Part shown: positions 38,886 through 47,407 of the stretch, piece by piece
How positions within the stretch are numbered: the first letter of the stretch is position 1
Layout of the letters: each line of letters begins with the position of its first letter
Origin: Myxococcales bacterium
GTDB taxonomy: Bacteria > Myxococcota > UBA727 > JABDBI01
DNA: 64,000 nt
Assembly (NCBI GenBank): GCA_023248545.1
Contig: JAHFEF010000009.1
Coordinates: 8,078-72,077 of the forward strand
Direction of reading: 5' to 3'
Made by a program: the position numbers and the translations under genes
Notes under the pieces: model-generated
The model's database searches: none
Seen by the model: the letters and a program-made list of their open reading frames with translations, nothing else
What the model was told of the DNA's origin: nothing

Positions 38886-40499
38886 GTGACCCGAGTAACA
38901 CAAGCACCCTACAGACCTCTTCTTGAACTCCGTGCGACAACCCCCACAGAACTTGAGATTCCATGGCTCGACCGGGATGTGGGTATTCAAACAGCCCCAG
39001 AGCCTCCTCCAAAAACCCGTCTGCAAACTATTTTAGAGCGCCCTAAATACCAAAACAAAGCGCTCACCCCATCAGATATCCGGGCCGTTCAACAGGAGCT
39101 CAACAAGGACCGCCCATTCAGACGCCGATTCCCAAACTTTTCAGCAACTGTATTTGGCCTCGATGAGTTGGCACGCAGGCTCTACCATTCAGGCCGTTAT
39201 CTGGATGCCGTCCGGCGTGGCGAAAATCCACCTGGCCCTGTTCCAACGGTTTTTGCTGAACAGGATGTCATGGCCAAAGGAGGTGAACAAGCCAGCACAG
39301 CACTCATCTTCGCTGCCAGGCATGGCTTTACTGAGATAGCCCTCGCTCTGATAGATAGAATGACCCCAGCCGAACTCAGTTACCAGAACAAAGGAGGCTA
39401 TTCAGCACTCACGTTTGCTGCCCGCGAAGGCCATCGCGCAATTTTCGAAGCCATCACAAAACGACTGTTGGCGCACCAGGTTTTTGCCCAAGTTCGGCCC
39501 GTGCTCAACTCGCAGTCCACGCAAGATTTGCTCAAAGCATATGTCGCAGCCGACCCCGATCGCGCCTACCCCTATTTTGTCAAGCCTAGCCCGGATCGAA
39601 TCCAATTGCCTGAAACAGAACACATCCCGCCTATTTCAGACGAAGGAAAAACACAGATTTACGGCGCCCAAAACACAGAGTTGCTTGCCACCTATATTCT
39701 GGAACATACCCAATTTTTACCCAAAAAAGAACGTCAAAAATTAGAAGAAGTCCTAGGCAACGTCGAATCCCAAGAGCTGATTACATCGGTACCCAAAGAT
39801 CCGGAAAAACGCGCCATTTTTTATGCTTGCATGCGACAAAACCTAGAACATGTCTCGCTGAAGGTGGTCGATCCCGAAATTCCTGAAAAACTCAAAAAAT
39901 CGGCTTTGTTTGGCATCTGGGACAGCGCAGGAACTTGCGGAACCCAACAGTATCAACAAGTATCGCTGGCTCGAAAGTTGCTCACAGGGGATACTTCGAG
40001 CAATATAGAACAAACCCCCCTCGAAAAATTAGAGCATGTTTTGTTTCAGCTCCGCACTCAGATTATTAACCAAATTTCAGCACAATTAATGACCAAGAAT
40101 CCACGTTGGAATCACGTTCATATCTACAACGCCATTCTATCAAAAATTGGGAAAGAGGCCGGTGTCGCTGAGCCGATGGTCGACTATGCTGAAGACCCCC
40201 TCATGCCCAAGCTAGACAAAGAAGCGCTGCTCAAAGAATTTCAGAAGCACTACGAACCCTGCAAAATTATTGAAACACTGATCTCACAAATACCCGGCGT
40301 TTTGAGCGAGCTCATCGCGGGGCAAGAACAACCCGATCTGTTTTACAAAAACGTCGAGGACTCTGAATCACCGGATTATTATGCGCTGACCGATACCGCC
40401 ATGCCTTCTTTGCTGATATCGCTGGGTATTTTTGAACTTCAAGAAATGCCAGGGTATGAAATGCCGCCGTTTTTGAGGCAGTTTGAAACCTCACCCTAA
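38886..40499 (+). CDS. Ankyrin-repeat protein with helical C-terminal domain (effector-like)
   Basis: Two ankyrin repeats, TALIFAARHGFTEIA and GYSALTFAAREGH. Confidence 0.75.
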   Translation: MTRVTQAPYRPLLELRATTPTELEIPWLDRDVGIQTAPEPPPKTRLQTILERPKYQNKALTPSDIRAVQQELNKDRPFRRRFPNFSATVFGLDELARRLYHSGRYLDAVRRGENPPGPVPTVFAEQDVMAKGGEQASTALIFAARHGFTEIALALIDRMTPAELSYQNKGGYSALTFAAREGHRAIFEAITKRLLAHQVFAQVRPVLNSQSTQDLLKAYVAADPDRAYPYFVKPSPDRIQLPETEHIPPISDEGKTQIYGAQNTELLATYILEHTQFLPKKERQKLEEVLGNVESQELITSVPKDPEKRAIFYACMRQNLEHVSLKVVDPEIPEKLKKSALFGIWDSAGTCGTQQYQQVSLARKLLTGDTSSNIEQTPLEKLEHVLFQLRTQIINQISAQLMTKNPRWNHVHIYNAILSKIGKEAGVAEPMVDYAEDPLMPKLDKEALLKEFQKHYEPCKIIETLISQIPGVLSELIAGQEQPDLFYKNVEDSESPDYYALTDTAMPSLLISLGIFELQEMPGYEMPPFLRQFETSP

Positions 40500-40577
40500 A
40501 TCCCTCTCCAGCAACTGGAGAGGGACTTGAAATCCAATTCCCCTCTCCACAGGGTGGAGAGGGGTTAGGGGTGAGGT
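40488..40577. repeat. REP-like palindromic doublet (inverted pair)
   Basis: ACCTCACCC...CCCTCTCCAGCAACTGGAGAGGG followed by the inverted CCCCTCTCCAC...GTGGAGAGGGGTTAGGGGTGAGGT; second copy at 63471-63599. Confidence 0.85.
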
Positions 40578-41290
40578 CATGACCGCTGCCGCATGACTTC
40601 ATACAGCAACACGGTCGCAGCGTCGGCTGCGTTTAAACTCATGTCCGGTGCACGCATGGGAATCTTCACGATTTCATCGCAGTGTTCCAAAACTTGGCGA
40701 CGCAGGCCCTTTTCTTCATTGCCAATCACCAACGCAACCGGCTTGGTTAAATCGCATTTCCAAGCAGGTATTTTGGCCTGGTCACTGGTCCCAATGGCCC
40801 AGAGGCCCGCTTCTTTAAGCTGGTCTAAAGCTCGATTAATATTGGTCACCCGGGCAACCGGAATCCGCGCCAGCGTCCCCACAGAAGCTTTCTCTGCGAT
40901 AGTTGTCACAGCAGCAGCCCGATCTTTGGGGATCACCAACAAATCAGCCCCGAGTGCAAATGCCGATCTGGCTGCGCGACCCAAATTTCTGGGATCCTCG
41001 ACGCTGTCTAATACGACACATAAACTGGGCTTCTTGGACAGAGCTTGTTCGAGTTCAACATAAGGAAACTCTCCCACCACCAAACAAACACCCTGATGCA
41101 CGGCGTCAGGACCGAATTTTTCTTGGAATTGTGCCTTGCCCCAAGTTTGAACCGGAAGCTTCAGCGACTTCGCCTTTTCGAGCACCTCCGGACGATCTAA
41201 TTTTTCTTGAACCACCAGCTTCATGGCTCTTTGAGGCTGATACCTGAGCGTCGCTAAAACAGCATGCGTGCCAAATACAAATTGCTCCAT
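40577..41290 (-). CDS. rlmB: 23S rRNA (Gm2251) 2'-O-methyltransferase RlmB
   Basis: FGTHAV, HQGV, LD.VEDPRNLG, IGNEEKGLR, IPM....SLNA. Confidence 0.9.
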   Translation of the reverse strand: MEQFVFGTHAVLATLRYQPQRAMKLVVQEKLDRPEVLEKAKSLKLPVQTWGKAQFQEKFGPDAVHQGVCLVVGEFPYVELEQALSKKPSLCVVLDSVEDPRNLGRAARSAFALGADLLVIPKDRAAAVTTIAEKASVGTLARIPVARVTNINRALDQLKEAGLWAIGTSDQAKIPAWKCDLTKPVALVIGNEEKGLRRQVLEHCDEIVKIPMRAPDMSLNAADAATVLLYEVMRQRS

Positions 41291-41503
41291 TTAAGGCTTG
41301 CCCTTTTTAAGCCGCGTCTTTTGCGAAACCACTTCGAGTTTGACACCTTTTTTCTCAGATGGAATCAACTTGATTTTAGCGTGAATTTCCAGCGTAGAGT
41401 CCGCAAAAAAAGCTTCCAAAAACCCCCGCCACTCTTTGGCTAGGACCAAAAGCAGGTCTTGCTTGGTTTGGCCAGCTTTCTTTAACAAATCATAAATGTC
41501 CAT
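41291..41503 (-). CDS. Small hypothetical protein
   Basis: 70-aa ORF abutting the rlmB start and filling the gap. Confidence 0.55.
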   Translation of the reverse strand: MDIYDLLKKAGQTKQDLLLVLAKEWRGFLEAFFADSTLEIHAKIKLIPSEKKGVKLEVVSQKTRLKKGKP

Positions 41504-41541
41504 GGTTGCAGGCCTAGCAAACTTTATCCTATGATGCCACC

Positions 41542-42078
41542 ATGTTCCATTCCATCTCTCCCTGTCTGCTCATGGCACTCCCTGACACGGTCATGCTGCT
41601 CGCCATGCACCAGGAAGACAACGCCATGGGTTTTATTTTAAATCGCCAAACTAAACTCACTTTTCATGAGCTCATGCCTGATTTGGCCATCGAACCTAAA
41701 ATACAAGATCGACGTGTTCTCTGGGGAGGACCGGTTTCTAAAAATTCTGGATTCTTGCTCTATGAACACGCCCCGAATAAGCCGTTGGATCAGGGGCTTA
41801 GTATTTCGGATAAAATCTCGATATCGCCCTCTAAAAAACTTTTAGAACGCGCAGCACTCGGCGAACTTAAAGGCCGGTTTGACTTAATTTTGGGCTATAT
41901 TGGATTTGGCCCCGGTCAGCTAGAGCGGGACTTAAACCAAGGCACCTATTTGCACACCGCGTTTTACGAAGAAATCGCGCTCAAGATTCCCCTGTCCGAA
42001 CGCTTCGAACATGCTTTCGGGCAGCTGGGTGTCACTCCGATTGCCTTCATGAATGTTCAAGGTGGTGCACAAGCTTGA
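41542..42078 (+). CDS. YqgE/AlgH family protein
   Basis: AMGFILNR, WGGPV, LGY.GFGPGQLE, G.A terminus. Confidence 0.85.
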   Translation: MFHSISPCLLMALPDTVMLLAMHQEDNAMGFILNRQTKLTFHELMPDLAIEPKIQDRRVLWGGPVSKNSGFLLYEHAPNKPLDQGLSISDKISISPSKKLLERAALGELKGRFDLILGYIGFGPGQLERDLNQGTYLHTAFYEEIALKIPLSERFEHAFGQLGVTPIAFMNVQGGAQA

Positions 42079-42109
42079 TCCCGCAGATAAGACCATGCGA
42101 TACTGACTT

Positions 42110-43807
42110 ATGTCGCTTCGCGCCCAAAACACCATTACCGTTGCCAGGGACCTAGCCAAAGCTGGCCAAATTTCTTCGGAGCAATTAGCCAACGCATTAG
42201 AAGCGCAGAAAAAAGAAGATAAAGACATCGGTGAATTTCTCGTTGAACAGGGGATCGTCACAGAAAAAGACTTCAATGACCGATTGGCTTCAAAAGCCGG
42301 CGTGCAGGCTATCTCTCTTGAAAACTGGGTACCAGAACCCAATATTCTTAAAGCCATACCCCCGGATCAAGCCAGCAAGTGGAAGATTTTTCCGATCCAA
42401 GAAAAAAACGAAAAATTAACCGTCGCCATGGCCGATCCTTTTGATTTGGCAACCCTCGATGAAGCCCGCGGTGTCTTGGAGCGTGATTTAGATTGTGTTC
42501 TAGCGTCGAAAAAAGAAATCGAAGCGGCGATCTTAAAGCACTATGGTGAGGCCAAAAAAGCCAAGTCCGCCCCTCCCACTGGCTCAGTGGAAGTCATCAG
42601 TTACGATGTTCAACTCGGGCAAACCAAAGTTGACGCTAAAACAGCCAATGCGTTGGCAGCCCAAGTGGTCTCATCTGTGGACCAACTGCTGCAGTCTGCC
42701 TTGCATGAGCGCGCCAGTGATATCCACATGGAACCCACACGTGAGGGACTTAAAATCCGTTTTCGAATCGACGGCGTGTTGGAACCCTTTTTGATTTTGC
42801 CCCCGAACATGCAAGAAGCCATTCTTTCCAGAATTAAAATCATGGGCAGCATGGACGTCGCCGAACATCGAATCACCCAAGATGGCCGAACCAGACTTCG
42901 TATTGCCGACCGAGAATTTGACATTCGAATTGCCACCTACCCAACCATGTTCGGTGAAGCTGCAGCCATTCGAATACTCACCAGAGACGACGTGATCACC
43001 CTAGACAGTCTCGGGTTTCTAGGAAAAGACCGCGATGTTTTTGAGAAGCTCATTCACCGGCCTCACGGTATTTTACTGGTTACTGGACCGACGGGTTCGG
43101 GCAAAACCACCACGCTCTATGCCGCATTGCAAAAAATCGACCGCGCTAAATGCCACGTTTTGTCAGTTGAAGACCCCATCGAAAATGAAATCGAAGGGGT
43201 TGATCAAACTCAGATCAATGCGAAAGCGGGTGTCACTTTTCCGACCGTCCTGCGTGCCATGCTCCGGCAGGATCCAGACGTCATCATGGTGGGCGAAATT
43301 CGTGACAAAGAAACCGCCGAAATTTCACTCGGTGCCGCTATGACCGGCCACTTGGTGCTCTCGACACTGCACACGAACACGGCCATCGGGGCCATCGCGC
43401 GTCTCAATGATTTGGGCATCGAAACTTATTTGATTTCTTCGACGCTATTAGGCGTCATCGCCCAACGATTGGTCCGCCGCATCTGTCAATCTTGCAAAGA
43501 ACTTGTCACCGTTCCGCCAGAGCTCATCCGTGAGTTGGGCCCCAAAGGAGCCAGCATCAAGACCTACCATGGGCGTGGCTGTCAGGAATGCGAAGGCAGA
43601 GGCTTCAAAGGCCGCTTGGGCATCTTTGAATTGGTCGAAATTGATGAAGAGTTTCGGGTTCTCGTAAACAACCATGCGCCCGATATTCGCCTTAAAGAAA
43701 AGGCCGCAGCAGCTGGCTTTCACTCCATTTTAGAAGATGGAATCGAAAAAATAAACAATGGAATTACCACCATCGAAGAAGTCTTAAGAGTCTGTGGAGG
43801 CGAGTGA
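42110..43807 (+). CDS. Type IV filament extension ATPase (PilB/MshE/GspE family)
   Basis: ASDIH, QDGR, GPTGSGKTTT, LRQDPDVIMVGEIRD, tetracysteine motif. Confidence 0.93.
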   Translation: MSLRAQNTITVARDLAKAGQISSEQLANALEAQKKEDKDIGEFLVEQGIVTEKDFNDRLASKAGVQAISLENWVPEPNILKAIPPDQASKWKIFPIQEKNEKLTVAMADPFDLATLDEARGVLERDLDCVLASKKEIEAAILKHYGEAKKAKSAPPTGSVEVISYDVQLGQTKVDAKTANALAAQVVSSVDQLLQSALHERASDIHMEPTREGLKIRFRIDGVLEPFLILPPNMQEAILSRIKIMGSMDVAEHRITQDGRTRLRIADREFDIRIATYPTMFGEAAAIRILTRDDVITLDSLGFLGKDRDVFEKLIHRPHGILLVTGPTGSGKTTTLYAALQKIDRAKCHVLSVEDPIENEIEGVDQTQINAKAGVTFPTVLRAMLRQDPDVIMVGEIRDKETAEISLGAAMTGHLVLSTLHTNTAIGAIARLNDLGIETYLISSTLLGVIAQRLVRRICQSCKELVTVPPELIRELGPKGASIKTYHGRGCQECEGRGFKGRLGIFELVEIDEEFRVLVNNHAPDIRLKEKAAAAGFHSILEDGIEKINNGITTIEEVLRVCGGE

Positions 43808-43810
43808 CCA

Positions 43811-45022
43811 ATGCCCACTTTTACGTTCAAAGCGCGAAACCAATCTGGCGAAGCTGTCGTGGGAGAGCTAGACGGCGACAGTGTTAACTCGATCAAAGAA
43901 GTGATCTCGGCCAAGGGCCTATTTCCAACCAATGTCCAAATCAAGGCCCTAGAAGTCTCGTCTTTCTCACTGTTTCAGAAAAAGCCAACCCCAAAAGATA
44001 TTGCCAGCATGACCCGGCAGTTCCAAGCCATGTTCGCCGTCGGAACCCCTATGGATCGAATTTTATCGATCTTGGCGCGCCAACTGCAAAACCCCTCTCT
44101 CAAACAAGCCATGATTCGCATTCATAAAGACGTCGCCTCAGGAACACGACTTTCCGTCGCGTTTCGGGCCTTCCCACAGTATTTTAGCCCTCTTTATATC
44201 AGCATGATTGAAGTCGGTGAAACCGGGGGTGTGCTCGACAAAACCCTGCGAGAGATGGCCCTGATTCTCCAGAAAGAAACTGAGATCACTTCCAAAGTCA
44301 AATCTGCCATGCTGTACCCCAAAATAGTCTTGTTCGTCCTGGGAGCAGTGATGTGGGGCATGTTGGCATTTGTGGTTCCGCCTTTTAAAACATTTTATTC
44401 ACGTCACGGCGCAGAACTACCAACGCCTACTAAAATCGTTCTCGCCATGAGCGAGCTAGCGACATCTTATTGGTATATTGCTTTATTCGGTGGAATTGCC
44501 GGTTACTGGCTTTGGAAACGCTTTTCCAAAACGGCTCTTGGGCAAGATTGGATTTCCCGCATCGCCTTCAAATTGCCCGTGTTTGGAAGACTCAACCGGC
44601 TCACAGCCAATGCTCGATTTGGGCACCTGCTATCCGGTCTGTACCGAGCCGGTGTACCCATTGCACACGCACTGGCTGTAGTAGCCAATACCATGAGCAA
44701 TATTCACTATGCCAATGATGTCCTGGCCGTCAAAAAAGGCCTAGAACAGGGGAATTCGCTGTCCAAATGCATGGAACAAACAAAATATTTTGAACCGATG
44801 GTGCAGGAAGCTGTGTCAGTGGGTGAAAAAACAGGACAATTGGATGTTCTATTGGATGCCACAGCCACTTTTTATGATGCCGAAATAGACGATATTTTGA
44901 AAAACCTAGCAACCCTTATCGAGCCGATTTTACTTGTGTTTTTGTTCTCCGGAGTCACCCTACTGGCGCTAGCGATATACATGCCCATTTGGAATCTTTC
45001 CAAAGTAATTCTCCCAAAATAG
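43811..45022 (+). CDS. Type IV filament platform protein (PilC/MshG/GspF family)
   Basis: MPTFTFKAR, GETGG.L, AMLYP, GEKTGQLD, LIEP, IYMPIW. Confidence 0.92.
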   Translation: MPTFTFKARNQSGEAVVGELDGDSVNSIKEVISAKGLFPTNVQIKALEVSSFSLFQKKPTPKDIASMTRQFQAMFAVGTPMDRILSILARQLQNPSLKQAMIRIHKDVASGTRLSVAFRAFPQYFSPLYISMIEVGETGGVLDKTLREMALILQKETEITSKVKSAMLYPKIVLFVLGAVMWGMLAFVVPPFKTFYSRHGAELPTPTKIVLAMSELATSYWYIALFGGIAGYWLWKRFSKTALGQDWISRIAFKLPVFGRLNRLTANARFGHLLSGLYRAGVPIAHALAVVANTMSNIHYANDVLAVKKGLEQGNSLSKCMEQTKYFEPMVQEAVSVGEKTGQLDVLLDATATFYDAEIDDILKNLATLIEPILLVFLFSGVTLLALAIYMPIWNLSKVILPK

Positions 45023-45054
45023 GTATATAGTGAAGAAAGAAGGGAGGGGTTTTC

Positions 45055-45489
45055 ATGTTATTCAGAGGGTTCACCCTCGTAGAGCTTTTGCTGGTGGTGG
45101 CTTTATTGGGGATACTGGCTGTCAGTGCATTGCCTGGGCTTTTTTCCACCAGTTTGACCAGTGCCCGATCAGCTTCCATGAATGCCACCATAGGTGCCGT
45201 GCAATCTGGGATCGCGACCTATGCAGCCACCCAGGCGGCCGGTGGAAATAATATTTCTTACCCAGCCAGCTTGGATGGTGCTGCGATTAACTCTACGGCC
45301 AGTCCAACCGTGCCCTTGTTTGGGACCGTGCTGCAAAATGGCGTGACCGCTCAATGGTTCAAGGTATCCAATACCTGCTATGTGTATGACACCAATGGCA
45401 GTGGCGCAAAAGATGCCAACCCAACGGATACGTATGTCCAATACAGCGCAAACACAGGCACATTCGGCATCATCGTAGCTGGGTGTTAA
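45055..45489 (+). CDS. Type IV pilin (MshA/B-like)
   Basis: RG|FTLVELLLV, YP..LD, C-terminal Cys; strong SD. Confidence 0.85.
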   Translation: MLFRGFTLVELLLVVALLGILAVSALPGLFSTSLTSARSASMNATIGAVQSGIATYAATQAAGGNNISYPASLDGAAINSTASPTVPLFGTVLQNGVTAQWFKVSNTCYVYDTNGSGAKDANPTDTYVQYSANTGTFGIIVAGC

Positions 45490-45504
45490 TATTTTAACTA
45501 ATTT

Positions 45505-45533
45505 TTGCATTCCAAAAATATTAGGAGTAGAAT
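45505..45533 (+). promoter_or_regulatory. Internal promoter before the second pilin
   Basis: TTGCAT-N17-TAGAAT followed by GGAGGGG SD; framed by a TGCATTC/GAATGCA inverted repeat. Confidence 0.55.
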
Positions 45534-45553
45534 GCAGGCTGGAGGGGATAGAA

Positions 45554-46000
45554 ATGGTTAAAGTAAAAGGCCTGTATGGCTTTACGCTCATCGAACTCGT
45601 ACTCGTCATCGCAATCTTAGGAATCTTGGCAGTGGTGGCTTTGCCGACACTGTTTAACACAACACTCACATCAGCCCGAGGCAACGCGGCCGCAATGACC
45701 GCCGCTTCAGTCCAAGAAGGATTGGGCATCTACGTGGGTGACCAAGTCGCTCAGGGCAAGCCTAAATCTTACCCAGCTGCGCTGGATGCCGTTGCGGATG
45801 GAACACTTGCCTCACCTGCAAATGTTCTTTTCAAGACCATCTTGGAGGAAGGCGTGACGTCGAGCTGGATTAAAAAGGCTGGCACCTGCTACGTCTATGA
45901 TAAGGACGGCAGCGGAACCGTTGGAACCACAGCACAAGACGATTTCTATGCTTATGATTCCGCGGCCGGGTCATTCTTGTTCATCGCTGCTGGATGCTAG
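45554..46000 (+). CDS. Type IV pilin (MshA-like; probable major pilin)
   Basis: YG|FTLIELVLVIAILGILAVVALP; paralogous to 45055-45489. Confidence 0.88.
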   Translation: MVKVKGLYGFTLIELVLVIAILGILAVVALPTLFNTTLTSARGNAAAMTAASVQEGLGIYVGDQVAQGKPKSYPAALDAVADGTLASPANVLFKTILEEGVTSSWIKKAGTCYVYDKDGSGTVGTTAQDDFYAYDSAAGSFLFIAAGC

Positions 46001-46011
46001 TCATGTAGGGT

Positions 46012-46458
46012 ATGCGAGGGTTTACCGCAGTTGAGATCCTCTTAGTCACCTCATTGTTGGGGATTTTGGCTCTCGCTGTGGTTTTCCTTCTGCCCCCGGT
46101 CGCGGCAGTGACCCTGGAGGCTGCCGCCCACCAGGTCCGATCTGATATTGAATTCGCGCAACAAAACGCCATGATCACCGGCCAAACTTCGGGTGTGCAG
46201 TTTGTCAGCGCTGGTTCCTACACGGTCTATCAGGGCACGACTGCAACCCCGTTAATGAGTCCGCTGACAGGCCAAAGCATGGTGATGACGCTGAGCGCAA
46301 GCTATGTTGGAACAGCTATCTCTGGCAACTACACGGTTGAATTTGACAGCATGGGCAAGCCCAGCACCGGCGGAGGAGGAAGCGTGAACCTCTCCAATGG
46401 GGGCGTCACCAGGACCATCGCCGTGACGGCCAATACCGGGAGGGTCACGATACAATGA
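46012..46458 (+). CDS. Minor pilin (FimT/GspH/MshC-like)
   Basis: RG|FTAVE, D...AQQNAM, FDSMGKP, V.ANTGRV. Confidence 0.8.
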   Translation: MRGFTAVEILLVTSLLGILALAVVFLLPPVAAVTLEAAAHQVRSDIEFAQQNAMITGQTSGVQFVSAGSYTVYQGTTATPLMSPLTGQSMVMTLSASYVGTAISGNYTVEFDSMGKPSTGGGGSVNLSNGGVTRTIAVTANTGRVTIQ

Positions 46459-46907
46459 CCCGAATTTTAGGATTCTCATTGTTAGACGCCCTGCTGGGCC
46501 TGGCGCTTCTCAGCGTCGGCCTCATTGGCATGTTATACGCTTTTCAGGGTTCGGTCAGCTCATCGGGCTTGGCAGACCAAAGCATTATTGCCACCAATTT
46601 AGCGCGGGAAACCCTGGAAAAAATCGTCGCGCAACGGGACTGCCAACTGGCGGGTTGCGGCTATGCATCGACGCTGACGTCTATTAATACCAATCATACT
46701 TACAATCAAAATCCCGTCGCTGGCTTCTCGGGCTACGCGATCACGGCTGTTGGACTAGAAGTAGACCCCGACTCTGACGGTGGTACAGATGATTTCTTAG
46801 ATGCCAAATCAGGTTCTGGCTATGCGCGCGTGACCGTGACAGTCACATGGAATAGCGCCGCCAATTCGATTTCGTTGGTGACACTGTTGGGGAGCTATGC
46901 GCCATGA
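46455..46907 (+). CDS. Minor pilin (PilV/MshD-like)
   Basis: G|FSLLD, A.NLARE.LE.I, VTVTVTW. Confidence 0.75.
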   Translation: MTRILGFSLLDALLGLALLSVGLIGMLYAFQGSVSSSGLADQSIIATNLARETLEKIVAQRDCQLAGCGYASTLTSINTNHTYNQNPVAGFSGYAITAVGLEVDPDSDGGTDDFLDAKSGSGYARVTVTVTWNSAANSISLVTLLGSYAP

Positions 46908-47407
46908 AAAAATTCAAAGCGTTTACACTCCTGGAGCTTCTATTGGCAATCACCATGCTGGCCGTCCTAGGCCTGGTAGTCGGTCCCGTTTTGGGAAACG
47001 CCGTGCTCGGTTCCAGCTTGGTTTTATCGAGACACGAGGCTCTTGCAGGAGCTCGAAACGGCATGGACCGCATGGTCCGCGAAATCAGACTGATCCCTAA
47101 TACCGGCGTTCTAGCCAGCATCACGGCCACCAACCTGCAATTCCAATATCCCGCTGGGACAGCCATTACGTACTCTCAGAGTGGTACAAACTTGCTTCGC
47201 AATTCGGATATTCTCGTCGACCACGTCAGCGCTCTGGCGTTTACCTATTATAACGAGTCTGGTGCTACCACAGCAACGGCCGCGAACGTCCGCAGCATCG
47301 GCATTCAACTGAGTGTATTGGCCACAGATGGCTCTACATTGACTCTGCGAACCCGGGTATTTTTAAGAAATACAGGACATGATTATGGAACTTTTACATC
47401 GCCTTAA
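46904..47407 (+). CDS. Minor pilin (PilW/MshO-like)
   Basis: A|FTLLE, MDRMVREIR, FTYY, TRVFLRN. Confidence 0.8.
   Translation: MKKFKAFTLLELLLAITMLAVLGLVVGPVLGNAVLGSSLVLSRHEALAGARNGMDRMVREIRLIPNTGVLASITATNLQFQYPAGTAITYSQSGTNLLRNSDILVDHVSALAFTYYNESGATTATAANVRSIGIQLSVLATDGSTLTLRTRVFLRNTGHDYGTFTSP

Noticed and set aside
40488-40577. Palindromic repeats as a possible CRISPR array
   Set aside because: Only inverted doublets, with no repeat-spacer series and no cas genes
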